64,000 nt of DNA, from NCBI GenBank assembly GCA_965208325.1, contig OZ242326.1:4544001-4608000 (forward strand), written 5' to 3'. Source of the stretch: Candidatus Poribacteria bacterium. GTDB lineage: Bacteria; Poribacteria; WGA-4E; PCPOR2b. Shown here piece by piece: positions 28,348 to 39,471 of the stretch (position 1 is its first letter; each line of letters begins with the position of its first letter). Below the pieces are notes generated by a model, which had not been told where the DNA came from, did no database searches, and worked only from the letters and a program-made list of their open reading frames with translations. The translations under genes were made by a program, and so were the position numbers.

Positions 28348-29577
28348 ATGCAAGCCATTCAATTCAGGAAAAGTGTGCCGCGCTATTTAATCGCGCGACT
28401 CTTGGGGAACCGTTGGAACTGGCTCTACACTTCATGGCTGTCGTGCGCTCGTTTGGTCGATATCGAAAGCCCCCATCTCCCGTCGCACGATTGGGTAAAA
28501 ATTAGAACGCGCCTGAGCGGTATTTGCGGCTCTGATCTCGCAACAATCACTGCCAAGGGGAGTCCATATTTTTCGCCGTTTACCTCGTGTCCGTTTGTGT
28601 TTGGCCACGAAGTTGCGGGAGAAATTGCGGAGATTGGACCGCAGGTTGAAGGGTATGATGTTGGCGACCGCGTCGTCATCGAACCGGTTTTGCCGTGCGA
28701 GATTAGGGGCATCGTACAAAAATGCCATCAATGCCAACGAGGTCATTATGCCGGTTGCGAAAATATTGCACGGGGTGAAATTTCTGCGGGCGTTCAAACC
28801 GGGTATTGCCGGGACACTGGCGGCGGGTGGAGTAAGTATTTTGTGGCTCACAAGAATCAGTTACATCGTGTGCCGGATGATGTCCCTGACGAAATCGCCG
28901 TGTTGATTGAACCGTTCGCATGTGCATTGCATGGGGTGCTGCAAGCTAACCTGAAAGACGCGGATGAAATTCTGATTCTGGGCGCGGGGACGATTGGACT
29001 GCTCACGCTCGCGGCGATTCGGAATCTCGGAAGGACGAACCGAATCTACGTGGTTGGGAAGCACCAGCATCAACAGAAACTCGCCCGTGAACTCGGCGCC
29101 GATGTGGTTTTTGCCCCTGGTAAAGCGATATACCGTGATTTTTGCCGATTGACTCAGGCAGAAAGTTTTCGACCGGAACTTGGCAAACCGGTTATTCTTG
29201 GCGGTGTAGATGTCACGTTCGACTGTGTGGCGTCCGCCGACACTATCGACGATGCACTCCGCATGACCCGTGCGGGCGGGCAAGTGATGCTAGTCGGTAT
29301 GCCCGCTATTCCAAAAAACATCGATTGGACGGCGCTCTGGCACAAGGCGCTGAATGTTCGGGGTGTGTATGCTTATGGCTTGGAAAGCTACGATGGCAAG
29401 CGGATTCGCACTTTTTCGTTAGGAATTCAACTTTTGCAACAGATGGGAAGCGAACTGTTACCGTTAGTCGGGGGGTTATTTTCTTTGGATAATTATCAGA
29501 AAGCCGTTCAAACCGCGCTGCACACCGGGAAATTCGGTTCCGTGAAAACCGTATTCGATCTGCGTTCATCGTACTGA
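28348..29577 (+). CDS. Zinc-binding (MDR) alcohol dehydrogenase
   Basis: GICGSD, GHE, structural-Zn cysteines C..C..C..C, EP.ACA.H, GAGTIG. Confidence 0.92.
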   Translation: MQAIQFRKSVPRYLIARLLGNRWNWLYTSWLSCARLVDIESPHLPSHDWVKIRTRLSGICGSDLATITAKGSPYFSPFTSCPFVFGHEVAGEIAEIGPQVEGYDVGDRVVIEPVLPCEIRGIVQKCHQCQRGHYAGCENIARGEISAGVQTGYCRDTGGGWSKYFVAHKNQLHRVPDDVPDEIAVLIEPFACALHGVLQANLKDADEILILGAGTIGLLTLAAIRNLGRTNRIYVVGKHQHQQKLARELGADVVFAPGKAIYRDFCRLTQAESFRPELGKPVILGGVDVTFDCVASADTIDDALRMTRAGGQVMLVGMPAIPKNIDWTALWHKALNVRGVYAYGLESYDGKRIRTFSLGIQLLQQMGSELLPLVGGLFSLDNYQKAVQTALHTGKFGSVKTVFDLRSSY

Positions 29578-29615
29578 GCAATTTCTAAGGAATTGGGGGC
29601 AAAAGGGAAAAATCT

Positions 29616-31214
29616 ATGGGAAACGACAGTGACAGAAGTGACCTTATCACACACGTAGAGGATCCCGAGCAAAAATATCTATTCCACTATGGGGATGGTT
29701 TCCTCTATGACCGCCTTCCGAAGGGGACTCGCGTAATCTATCCGCCGAAACCTCTCACGCCGATTGCTGATGACGCAACTGCAATTAAAAACGCTATTGA
29801 GAATCCCTTGGGTGCGTCGCCGCTGTCAGCCCAGCTTCGGGCCGGCATGAAGGTCACGATTGCGTTCGACGATCTTTCGCTGCCGCTGCCGCCGATGGAG
29901 ACGCCGGATGTGCGGCAACGCATCATTGAAATCGTCCTTGAGGAACTGGCTGGCGCCGGTATCGACGATATTCATCTGATAGCTGCACTGGGTCTTCACC
30001 GGCGAATGACGCCCGCTGAACTAAAGCGGTGCGTCGGCGCAAAGGTTTTTAATCAGTTCCATCCAGAGCGATTGTATAATCACGATGCTGAAGACAATGA
30101 TAACCTGTCTTACCTTGGAAAAACGGAGATTGGAGAAGAGGTCGAAATCAATCGCCGGATTGCGGAATCCGACCTCTTGATCTATGTAAATATCAACTTG
30201 GTTGCCATGGATGGCGGTTACAAATCGTTGCCGACCGGTATATGCAGTTATCGAAGCATTCGCCACCACCACAACACGCACACGTTGATGCATTCTCTGT
30301 CGTATATGCACCCTCCAAAATCTGCATTACACCACTCCTGCCAACGGATTTGGAAGGTGATAACGGAACATATCAATTTCTTTACGATTGAAACCACGCT
30401 TAACAGCGCTACCTTCCCGAAACTGTTCCCTTACTTAGAAAAGCGCGAGAAGAACTTCAATCTGTTCGATCGACTCAATTTCCATATTAATAAAACTAGC
30501 CTGGATATTATGCCGCGTGCTATGGCTCGCGCCGTGATGCAGAGCATGCGCGCGCCTTACGGGTTAACCGGGGTGCACGCGGGGCACACCGAACCGGTGC
30601 ATGAGAAGACGCTTGAAAATGTCTATAAACAGCAGTTGGTGCCTGTCAAAGGCCAGGCGGATATTTTGGTTACGGGCGTTCCATATATTGGCCCTTACAA
30701 CGTCGATTCAATCATGAATCCAATTCTGGTCATGTGCATGACGCTAGGATATGCCTTTAATTTTTACCACAACCTGCCTTTGGTACGCCAAGGGGGTGCG
30801 GCGATTTTCACTCACCCTGTCGATTACGATTTTCATAAAATCCATCACCCCTCATACATTGACTTTTTCGAAGAGGTGCTTACAGAGACAACTGAACCTG
30901 GCGAAATCGAAAAGAAGTACGAAGAGTCATTCGCCAATAACCCTAGGTACATTGACCTCTACCGAAATTCCTACGCCTATCACGGTGTACATCCCTTTTA
31001 CATGTGGTATTGGGGCTGTTATGCGCTAGGCTATTTGGGGAAGGTGATATTCGTCAAACCGAGGAGCGTTGAAGCGGTACGCCGTATGGGTTTTGACTAC
31101 GCGAAAAACCTCACGGAAGCGATCGAGATGGCACAGAGTTTCGTAGGGGGTTCAACGCCGGAAATTACCTACTATCACTACCCGCCAATTTTCATGTGCG
31201 ATGTATCAGCGTAG
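29616..31214 (+). CDS. Lactate racemase (LarA-like, DUF2088) domain protein
   Basis: ENPLGA.PL, IAFDD, ALGLHRRMT, NHD, GGYKS resemble the LarA N-terminal domain. Confidence 0.75.
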   Translation: MGNDSDRSDLITHVEDPEQKYLFHYGDGFLYDRLPKGTRVIYPPKPLTPIADDATAIKNAIENPLGASPLSAQLRAGMKVTIAFDDLSLPLPPMETPDVRQRIIEIVLEELAGAGIDDIHLIAALGLHRRMTPAELKRCVGAKVFNQFHPERLYNHDAEDNDNLSYLGKTEIGEEVEINRRIAESDLLIYVNINLVAMDGGYKSLPTGICSYRSIRHHHNTHTLMHSLSYMHPPKSALHHSCQRIWKVITEHINFFTIETTLNSATFPKLFPYLEKREKNFNLFDRLNFHINKTSLDIMPRAMARAVMQSMRAPYGLTGVHAGHTEPVHEKTLENVYKQQLVPVKGQADILVTGVPYIGPYNVDSIMNPILVMCMTLGYAFNFYHNLPLVRQGGAAIFTHPVDYDFHKIHHPSYIDFFEEVLTETTEPGEIEKKYEESFANNPRYIDLYRNSYAYHGVHPFYMWYWGCYALGYLGKVIFVKPRSVEAVRRMGFDYAKNLTEAIEMAQSFVGGSTPEITYYHYPPIFMCDVSA

Positions 31215-31230
31215 CGGAGAACACCCGGCT

Positions 31231-34200
31231 ATGGAGATTATAAAACCCGTCCAACAAGGAATGGCCGCTATAACTACGAGGAAAATATATCGCATTAGCA
31301 TTCAGATTTTCTTGGCGTGCGGGCTCTTTTCTTTACACGCGTTGACTTCGGCTGCGCAGTCGACGAGCCCTTCGGACGTTATTGAATCCGCGATACGCCA
31401 CCAAAACCTCGGACTTGCTTACCTGGAAGAGTCTCAACCGAGCAAAGCCATTTCGGAATTTGAGGCTTTAGTGGAGATAATTCCCCAAGAACCGATTGGT
31501 TACGGGAATCTTGCGGTTGCGTATCTTCGCCTGCAAAAAAGCGATGAAGCCGAAACGTGGGTGACACGCGGCCTCGAAGTTGCGCCGATGGACAGCCAGT
31601 TGCGTTTTATCCTCGCAGAGGTCTGTCAATGGCAGGGCAAGACGGAGGAGATGGTCGCGGAAATTCAGGAAGCTGTAAAACTCGCACCGGAAAACTTGGA
31701 GATGCGGTATAAGCTGGCGCGCCACTATTTGGGTCAACGGAACGACCCACAGGCGATTTTACAGGCGATTGACCACTTACGGATACTGCGGGAGGGCGCT
31801 CCAACAAATATCGTGGTGCTGCTTCAGTTGGCGCAAGCGCTTCTGCAGCAAGAGCAGATTGAAGAGGCGAAACGGATTTGTACGGAATTACATGCGCTGT
31901 TGTGGGATGTCGATGAAAAGTTCCTTAAGTTCCTAAAACAGGGATTGCTCCTGCTCGACCAAGGTGACATCAAGGGGGCATCTCGAAACGTTCGGATATT
32001 TAGCAACGTCCAGCGAAACACCCCACGCTACCAGCAAGGCATTGGCGAGCTTGTAACAGACATAATTGGGCACCCCATTGAGGAATTCAGCCCCGGTTTC
32101 AAATCTCGCGTTGTTGCTAAACTCAGTCCTACGGTTGATATGCGCTACGTCGATGTTACGCAGGAGCTCGGACTTAGCAATTTGTCAGGCAAAAGATCGA
32201 GGGTCATACTGTCAGATACGGACAGCGACGGCGATTTAGACCTGTTTACACTATTCGCGAGGAACGGCGAGGAATCAAGCGGCAGTTTCTTCCTGAACAA
32301 AGATGGGAAGTTTGAATCCCATCCACCCAGTGAATACGGCGATGCCGCCGCCTTCGTGGACATTGACAAGGACGGCGACCAAGATTTGTACGTGCTAGCG
32401 GAGAGACAGGAGCGGTTACTCCTGAATGCGGGCGACGCTTTTGAGTTTCAATCGCCGCCGAAAGTTGGGTCAGACGTACTTTATGTCGATTACGATCACG
32501 ACGGCGACCTCGACAGGATGACAGTCAGCGATACTGAAACCAGCATGCAGCGGAATAACGGTGACAGCTCATTCACCGATGTGACGCTTCAGACCTTTTT
32601 GTCCCCAGAGACGCAAGGCGGTCTTGATGCGGCTTTCGGCGACTTTGATGATGACGGCGATGTTGATATATTTGCCGTGAATGGTGCGAGCGGAACCACC
32701 CTATACACCAATCTGCGGCAGGGCAAGCTGCGGGCGGTGACCGATGGACTGGGAATTTCACAGGATGTGTTCTTTACGTCGGTTGCCGTGGGCGATTATG
32801 ACAATGACGGCGATCTTGATCTGTTTTTGGCAACTGACGGCAAAACGCCCCATCAGTTCTATCTCAACAGGGGGGACGCCACGTATGTTCACGATAACCG
32901 GTCGCTGGCGGGATTGTCCTCGACAATTGGTGCGCGCGGATGGGATGCGCATTTCTTGGATTATGACAACGATGGTTTTTTGGATCTTTGGGTTGTCGGC
33001 GAACGAGCGGGCGGAGATGGAATTTTGCTGTTTCGGAATGACGGCACCGCAAAATTTGACGATGTTTCAAGACTGCTGCCGGACGGTGCCGCTGGCGGAA
33101 TTGACGGAGCGGTCGGCGACTACGACAACGACGGCGATTTAGATTTGGTTTTGATTGACGGTGAGGGGCAACTGTTCGCGCTGCGTAATGACGGCGGCAA
33201 CAAGAACGGATGGCTTCAGGTGCGGTTAGAGGGAGTCACTGCGGGCAATAACAAGGTCAACATCGACGGTATCGCTTCGAGGGTTGAACTCAAGGCTGGC
33301 GACCTCTACCAGATGAGGAATGTCACCGAGCCGATTACGCATTTCGGGCTGGGAGCTGCCGAGCAAGGTGATGTGCTGCGTGTGGTCTGGACGAACGGCG
33401 TTCCCCAGAACCTTATACATCAGCAGGCGAATCAGCGCATTGTCGAGAAGCAGATTCTGAAAGGCTCTTGTCCGTTTTTGTACGTTTATGACGGGGAGAA
33501 ATATCAATTTGTGACAGATCTTTTGTGGCGCAGCCCGCTCGGGATGGCAACGCCGATGGGGTTCCTCGCGCCCGCCGAGACTGCAGATTACGTCAAAATA
33601 TCGGGCGACCTCATGAAGCCCAAATCCGGCGTCTATTCGATACAAGTCACAGAAGAACTCTGGGAGACTGCCTATGTTGATGAGGTCAGGCTAATCGTCG
33701 TGGACCACCCCGACGGAACGCAGATATTCGTCGATGAAAAATACAGCCCACCGCCGTTTCCGGACTTCAAAATCTATGCAACTCGAGATATTCATCGGCC
33801 TCGCGCTGCGTTCGATTCCCGTGGTAACGATGTCGCCGATGCACTGATGGAATCCGACTACCGTTATGCCGTCGAACATGAACCCGGTAAGTTTCAAGGC
33901 GTGGTTGAACCGCATTCTGTTATACTCGACCTCGGCGATGTTCCAAATGACCAGCTGTTAACTTTGTTTCTCTCCGGTTGGATATTTCCAACTGACACGA
34001 GTATCAACATTTCACTCTCGCAAAATCCGTCGCTCAGCCCGATATTCCCTTATCTCCAGGTGCTAAACAGTGATGGAAACTGGCAAACGGTGATAGACGT
34101 GATTGGGATACCGGCGGGGAAGAACAAAACAATCGCCGTAGATTTGACGGGAAAATTCCTTTCTGAAGATCGGCGCGTGAAGATTTCAACCGATATGCAG

Positions 34201-34734
34201 ATATACTGGGATTCGGCGTTTTTTTCAATTGGCGCACCGGTTGTGCCCATGCAGATTACGGAATTACCTCCCCATAGCGCGGATCTTCACTATCGCGGCT
34301 TCTCCGAGATGTATCGTCCGACAGCGCATGCGCCGCACCTGTTCAATTATGAGAGCGTCGTCAAGGAGGCGCAGTGGCGGGATCTTGCGGGAAATTATAC
34401 GCGTTATGGAGATGTTACGCCGCTGCTCCAGCGCATAGACGATATGTATGTGATTATGAACGCGGGCGACGAAATGACGGTTGAATTTGACGCGGCGAAG
34501 CTGCCGCCGTTGAAAGATGGGTGGGTGCGAGATTTTATTCTTTTCAGCGATGGCTGGGACAAGGATGGCGACATAAATACGCTCTTCTCTCAGACCGCCG
34601 GTCCGCTGCCATTTCACGGCATGTCCGCGTATCCATATCCTGAAGGCGAGAATTACCCCGACGATTTAGAACATGTGCGTTATCAACTGGAATACAACAC
34701 GCGGCGGGTAGGGCACAAGTTGCCCGATTTCTAG
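31231..34734 (+). CDS. Secreted TPR + FG-GAP/VCBS repeat + ASPIC/UnbV (CRTAC1-like) protein
   Basis: Signal-like N-terminus, TPRs, repeated DYDNDGDLDL loops, HFGLG..VWTNG ASPIC motif, GSCP. Start may be 31201 or 31231. Confidence 0.88.
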   Translation: MEIIKPVQQGMAAITTRKIYRISIQIFLACGLFSLHALTSAAQSTSPSDVIESAIRHQNLGLAYLEESQPSKAISEFEALVEIIPQEPIGYGNLAVAYLRLQKSDEAETWVTRGLEVAPMDSQLRFILAEVCQWQGKTEEMVAEIQEAVKLAPENLEMRYKLARHYLGQRNDPQAILQAIDHLRILREGAPTNIVVLLQLAQALLQQEQIEEAKRICTELHALLWDVDEKFLKFLKQGLLLLDQGDIKGASRNVRIFSNVQRNTPRYQQGIGELVTDIIGHPIEEFSPGFKSRVVAKLSPTVDMRYVDVTQELGLSNLSGKRSRVILSDTDSDGDLDLFTLFARNGEESSGSFFLNKDGKFESHPPSEYGDAAAFVDIDKDGDQDLYVLAERQERLLLNAGDAFEFQSPPKVGSDVLYVDYDHDGDLDRMTVSDTETSMQRNNGDSSFTDVTLQTFLSPETQGGLDAAFGDFDDDGDVDIFAVNGASGTTLYTNLRQGKLRAVTDGLGISQDVFFTSVAVGDYDNDGDLDLFLATDGKTPHQFYLNRGDATYVHDNRSLAGLSSTIGARGWDAHFLDYDNDGFLDLWVVGERAGGDGILLFRNDGTAKFDDVSRLLPDGAAGGIDGAVGDYDNDGDLDLVLIDGEGQLFALRNDGGNKNGWLQVRLEGVTAGNNKVNIDGIASRVELKAGDLYQMRNVTEPITHFGLGAAEQGDVLRVVWTNGVPQNLIHQQANQRIVEKQILKGSCPFLYVYDGEKYQFVTDLLWRSPLGMATPMGFLAPAETADYVKISGDLMKPKSGVYSIQVTEELWETAYVDEVRLIVVDHPDGTQIFVDEKYSPPPFPDFKIYATRDIHRPRAAFDSRGNDVADALMESDYRYAVEHEPGKFQGVVEPHSVILDLGDVPNDQLLTLFLSGWIFPTDTSINISLSQNPSLSPIFPYLQVLNSDGNWQTVIDVIGIPAGKNKTIAVDLTGKFLSEDRRVKISTDMQIYWDSAFFSIGAPVVPMQITELPPHSADLHYRGFSEMYRPTAHAPHLFNYESVVKEAQWRDLAGNYTRYGDVTPLLQRIDDMYVIMNAGDEMTVEFDAAKLPPLKDGWVRDFILFSDGWDKDGDINTLFSQTAGPLPFHGMSAYPYPEGENYPDDLEHVRYQLEYNTRRVGHKLPDF

Positions 34735-34887
34735 TCTGATGTGTAATAAGATTCAATTGGTACTTTTGGTCTGTTTCGTACGGTGAGTGAGCGGCTTTAG
34801 ATAATATGGAAAATTGCATTGGATGAATGATATAATAATCAAAATTATAAGGATTAAGAAATTAAAGCGACAAGGAGAAGGGAGCAA

Positions 34888-35940
34888 TTGACACCGAGAG
34901 TAACAGAGGATCGTTCAGCGTGGTGGGCGACAATAACGGCCGTAACGGTTATATTATTTTTGTTGGTTGGTGATGCAGGTATTGCCGCTACGAGCGATTC
35001 TACGGATGCCATGAAACCGAAAGAGTCCCAATCCCCGAAACAAGACGCTGATTCCATGGAAGATGCGGCTAACAACCCGATAGTTTCGCCGGATTCTAGC
35101 ATCGCTCTTCGAGATTTTGAAATCCTTCCGGGCGGACTACTGGAGTGGGCAAATAATCTGCGGATGGGCTATGGAGGCGTAGGTCCTGGTTTTCCTCCCA
35201 TCGGCGATTCAGTCCGCGCACAAAGGGGCGGCAACATTTTTCTTGAACCGCAGGGCGATTACATGCGGTGCGCCATTGACCTGCTCCCGACGTCGGGCAA
35301 GCTACCAGATTTGGACGCCACCACAGAGCTAACGATTCACCGAATTCACCCCAAGACGGTCGACGCGCGTACGGATGCGGAGATGATTAGCTACAGCGGG
35401 ATGGGCACAAAGAACGGCGTGTTCGGTATAATAGTCGAAGCTCACGGACGGGGGAGGCTGCGGCCGCTGGTGTTTATGACAGTGCAAGGAGGGTTGAATG
35501 AGGGAGAAGAAAACTTCGCGGCAGAAGCCATGCGTATGAATGAAGATGGCACCATCGCACTTGGGGTCAACCGAGTTGGCGGAAAACTGAAGCGTCCGCT
35601 GGACAGCCTCACTATCCACCAGCCCGATCCGGATAAAGTTGGCGCCTACGATTCCGATTACCTTAGGTGGATTGGAAAATCACACGACGGGGAGATGGCT
35701 CATCAGGTGAATTGGCGCATGAACGTCGATGTAAAAAACAAGAATGGTGATTCCAACCTTGTGGTCGAGAGCGGATTTGACGGCGCCAATTACAGAAAGC
35801 GGGTGGAGATTACCGACAGCGGCGATGTGGAGCTTTCATCCATTGGCAGCGGCGTAATCTTGCGTTCTCCCAATGGCAAGCGTTGGAAACTGACCGTCGA
35901 AAATAACGGCAAACTACGAACTGACCCAATGGGACGCTAA
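34888..35940 (+). CDS. Hypothetical exported protein
   Basis: TTG start with GGAG RBS, N-terminal hydrophobic signal, 350 aa. Confidence 0.7.
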   Translation: MTPRVTEDRSAWWATITAVTVILFLLVGDAGIAATSDSTDAMKPKESQSPKQDADSMEDAANNPIVSPDSSIALRDFEILPGGLLEWANNLRMGYGGVGPGFPPIGDSVRAQRGGNIFLEPQGDYMRCAIDLLPTSGKLPDLDATTELTIHRIHPKTVDARTDAEMISYSGMGTKNGVFGIIVEAHGRGRLRPLVFMTVQGGLNEGEENFAAEAMRMNEDGTIALGVNRVGGKLKRPLDSLTIHQPDPDKVGAYDSDYLRWIGKSHDGEMAHQVNWRMNVDVKNKNGDSNLVVESGFDGANYRKRVEITDSGDVELSSIGSGVILRSPNGKRWKLTVENNGKLRTDPMGR

Positions 35941-36074
35941 CCGCATTGGCCGGCTCACCAGTTCTTATTTGCGGGAATCAGAATTCCGTATTGAAGTCAG
36001 CGAATACCTGTGACACGATGCTATAATTCATACAAAAATTTTCAAACTAGATGAAATAACAGGAGACTAAAGAA

Positions 36075-37145
36075 ATGCCTGAAATACGAACAGCGATTGT
36101 CGGCGTGGGGAATTGCGCTTCCTCACTGATTCAAGGGATTGAATATTATCGGGATGCGAAAGAAGATGAATTCGTCCCCGGCCTCATGCATGTGAGGGTG
36201 GGCGACTACCATATCAGTGACATCAAAGTGGTGGCGGCCTTTGATGTTGATAGCAACAAGGTAGGATGCGATGTGGCTGACGCCATTTTCGTTGACCCCA
36301 ACAACACGATAAAATTCTCGGACGTGCCCGCGACGGGGGTAACTGTACAACGCGGACAGACGATGGACGGGTTCGCGAAATACTACCGCGAGACTGTGGA
36401 GGAATCTACCGCTCAAGCAGTGGATGTCGTTTCCGTGCTACGCGAAACGCAAACGGACATTCTTATCAATTATCTTCCTGTTGGCAGCGAAGAGGCGACA
36501 AAATGGTATGTGGCTCAAGCGCTGGACGCCGGGTGCGCTGTGGTGAATTGCATGCCCGTATTTATTGCAAGAAACGACCAGTGGCGGGCGAAGTTTGAAG
36601 CGGCGGGCTTGCCCATCGTTGGTGACGATATTAAGGCGCAGTTTGGGGCGACAATTGTACATAGGGCGCTAGCCAAACTGATGAGTGACCGCGGACTGAA
36701 AATGGATCGGACGTCTCAGTTGAACGTTGGCGGTAATATGGACTTCAAGAACATGTTGGAAAAGGAGCGTTTGGAATCCAAGCGCATTTCCAAGACGAAC
36801 GCGGTGGTTTCGCAATTGGACCATGACATTTCGCCGGACAACGTGCATATTGGACCCAGTGACTACATTCCTTGGTTAGCGGATCGGAAGTGGTGTTATC
36901 TATTCTTGGAAGGCACAGAATTTGGGGATATTCCGGTGCGGTGTGAAGTTAAATTAGAAGTCTGGGATTCGCCAAACTCCGCAGGCATCGCCATCGACGC
37001 GATTCGGTGCTGCAAAATTGCACAAGATCGCGGCATCGCTGGCGCGCTCTATGGTCCCAGCGCATACTTTATGAAGTCGCCGCCGGTTCAGTACGCCGAC
37101 ACCGAAGCACGCGAGATGTTGGAAGCGTTCATTGCGGGTCGATAG
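36075..37145 (+). CDS. ino1: myo-Inositol-1-phosphate synthase
   Basis: [44 protein letters not shown]. Confidence 0.95.
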   Translation: MPEIRTAIVGVGNCASSLIQGIEYYRDAKEDEFVPGLMHVRVGDYHISDIKVVAAFDVDSNKVGCDVADAIFVDPNNTIKFSDVPATGVTVQRGQTMDGFAKYYRETVEESTAQAVDVVSVLRETQTDILINYLPVGSEEATKWYVAQALDAGCAVVNCMPVFIARNDQWRAKFEAAGLPIVGDDIKAQFGATIVHRALAKLMSDRGLKMDRTSQLNVGGNMDFKNMLEKERLESKRISKTNAVVSQLDHDISPDNVHIGPSDYIPWLADRKWCYLFLEGTEFGDIPVRCEVKLEVWDSPNSAGIAIDAIRCCKIAQDRGIAGALYGPSAYFMKSPPVQYADTEAREMLEAFIAGR

Positions 37146-37174
37146 ATTTAGAAAGAGTTATTCGGCGTTTAAAA

Positions 37175-37214
37175 GGGAAAGCAGGGATATCTTCTGCTTT
37201 CCCATTTTTATTTT
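37175..37214 (+). terminator. Rho-independent terminator after ino1
   Basis: 10-bp stem GGGAAAGCAG/CTGCTTTCCC followed by a T-rich tail. Confidence 0.75.
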
Positions 37215-37319
37215 ACCTTTTAAGCGGCATCATCCGCCGCGACACATCCGTCGTCCGCCGATCAGTTTTTTTGAATTCTAAACAAGGTCAAATTCTTTCT
37301 TTCAAGTAAGGAGTGAAAC

Positions 37320-37670
37320 ATGCCTCAATTCCGTGCAATTCATACCATTGAGTTAAAGCAGAATGTGGATTCCGAAGTCTTTGAAGATTTTATGTCACGC
37401 GAATATTTGCCGGCTACGCGTTCGCTACCGGGGTGCTTGCGGGTAGAATTCCTCAAAGGGTACAAAGGGGACTTTGTGGGGGTGGCGCCGTCAAAACATG
37501 ATTATGCTTGGGTAACACTTTGGGAGAGTGTGGAAGCGAACAACGCAATCTGGTCAAGGGCCGGGGCACATCACACGCCCGAGGATATATTGGAAGTCAA
37601 CGCCAAGCTATATCACTATGCCGCAAGCTATTCCTTAGTAGGTGGGTTTACTGTCGAAGCAGCGGTTTGA
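37320..37670 (+). CDS. Dimeric alpha-beta barrel (ABM-like) hypothetical protein
   Basis: AGGAG RBS; LPGC...LKG...Y.WVT.WES pattern. Confidence 0.65.
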   Translation: MPQFRAIHTIELKQNVDSEVFEDFMSREYLPATRSLPGCLRVEFLKGYKGDFVGVAPSKHDYAWVTLWESVEANNAIWSRAGAHHTPEDILEVNAKLYHYAASYSLVGGFTVEAAV

Positions 37671-37833
37671 TTACCAAAAACGCGCTCGTGCCCTCTAAAT
37701 GCTATTTCGCGCGAAAATTTTGCCAAAATCGGTTCGAGTTTTTTCAATAAGGCGTGGTAAACGATCTGTCATATAAAGATTTCAATATTGTGTCTACAAG
37801 GATGAATCCACGTCACTCCTAATCAGATTAATA

Positions 37834-38721
37834 TCACTGCGCGGCTTTTATTGTTGCCCATATGGTTAGCATACCTTCCTTTGGAGACACCGACAATTGC
37901 CTTGGCGACCACGCAGGTTTGCTGTCAGATGACGGGTTTTGCGTTAAGTTTGTCTGATTTCCACCGTCCGAATCCATGACATAAATCTCCGAGTTGCCAT
38001 CGCGGCTTGAGGCAAAGGCAATTTTTTTCCCATTCGGAGACCAACTCGGTTCGCCGTCCCACCCTGGCGATTGGGTAAGCCTGACGACGTTCCCGCCGTC
38101 CGCATCCATGATGCAGATTTCGTAATCGCGGTCGCGAACCGATCGAAAGGCGATGTGTTTTCCATCGGGCGACCAACTCGGATCCGCGTCCGACTCCGCG
38201 CTTCGGGTCAGTCGCACAACATTTCCGCCATCAGCGTCCATGACAAAAACCTCAAGATCTAGAGCGAAGAACGGGCCAGTGAAATTTCCGTCACGCCGTG
38301 ACGTAAAGGCAATCTTTAACCCGTCTGGAGACCATCTCGGATGGCCATCACTCTCGGCGGCTTTTGTGAGCTGGATGAGGTTTTTGCCGTCAACATCAAT
38401 GACATAAACTTCGGAATTGTCTTCGCTATGAGACTCGAAAGCAATTTTTGTCCCATCCGGTAACCAGCTTGGGTGTAAATCCCGAGAAGCTAGGTTTTTC
38501 GTGAGGTTACGAGGTTTAGATCCATCGCTCTTCATTATGAAGATGTCAGGATTCCCACCAGGGTTGTCGCGGTTTGAGGTGAAGGCAATCATTGAATCGA
38601 GCGAATGGGCTTGATTAATCGACATAAGTGCAAATGCCAGCATTACTGCGAATCGGCGTAAGTGCACGAGTCGGTTCTTCCGTATGAATTTCATGAGCTC
38701 GATCTCCCAGTTAGGATTCAT
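37834..38721 (-). CDS. TolB-like PD40 beta-propeller secreted protein
   Basis: Signal peptide; repeated PSWSPDG..IAF.S.RDG..EIYVMD units. Start may be 38694. Confidence 0.9.
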   Translation of the reverse strand: MNPNWEIELMKFIRKNRLVHLRRFAVMLAFALMSINQAHSLDSMIAFTSNRDNPGGNPDIFIMKSDGSKPRNLTKNLASRDLHPSWLPDGTKIAFESHSEDNSEVYVIDVDGKNLIQLTKAAESDGHPRWSPDGLKIAFTSRRDGNFTGPFFALDLEVFVMDADGGNVVRLTRSAESDADPSWSPDGKHIAFRSVRDRDYEICIMDADGGNVVRLTQSPGWDGEPSWSPNGKKIAFASSRDGNSEIYVMDSDGGNQTNLTQNPSSDSKPAWSPRQLSVSPKEGMLTIWATIKAAQ

Positions 38722-38953
38722 CCTGAGATTAGGTTAGTTGATTTGCTCAATCTGTTGTCATCTATGGCGGCGACTTCGAATTTAATGCCCGTTGCAAAAA
38801 GAGAAAGTTAGCTGAATAGATGATGGTAGTCCAATCTCATTCTGAAAGCTAATTTTGAACTAGCAGAGGAAATGTGTACAGTAGGCATTATTTATACAAT
38901 TCCAAAAATTCCTCAATAGTTGTAGTCATCAAGAACATCTTTGCGATTATATT

Positions 38954-38969
38954 AGCAAATTCTGTGCCA
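38954..38969 (-). promoter_or_regulatory. Sigma54 (-24/-12) promoter
   Basis: TGGCACAGAATTTGCT matches TGGCAC-N5-TTGC with exact GG/GC spacing, oriented toward the PD40 gene. Confidence 0.65.
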
Positions 38970-39471
38970 TTACTAATGAACAGCACTTTTTAGGCGGTTT
39001 AGGCGTAGCCCATTACGAGAGATCAAGATTCGGAATTGGCAATGCAGCGAAATGCTGACAGCACCGTGTCAATTACGCCACACCATTGTTCAGATATCGC
39101 AGGGTTTGCCGACTGCAAAATAAAACCGGAGAAAATTGAAAACGGCGCACTAGTGATGGTAACAGGGTGCCGTCAACTGCGGGAAATTTTTTTGAGCGAC
39201 GGTTGAGTATTGAGCAGCCTGAAACTGGCCAATGGAACGCTGTAGGCGTGAACCCTTGTCCGGATGGAAGCGGGCATAACGCAACCGACACTATTTCAGA
39301 ACTTGGCACGTGAGACAATTCTCGCCGAATGAAATCGAATTAAACTCTTCTAGTCGAATCCGCGGGGATGAGACACTCGAAGAAATAACGCGAGAATCAT
39401 AATGAGGAAAACGCAGTAGGCATAAGTTATAGAGGTGTTTCTATGCATCGCTATGGGATTTTGTAGGCACC

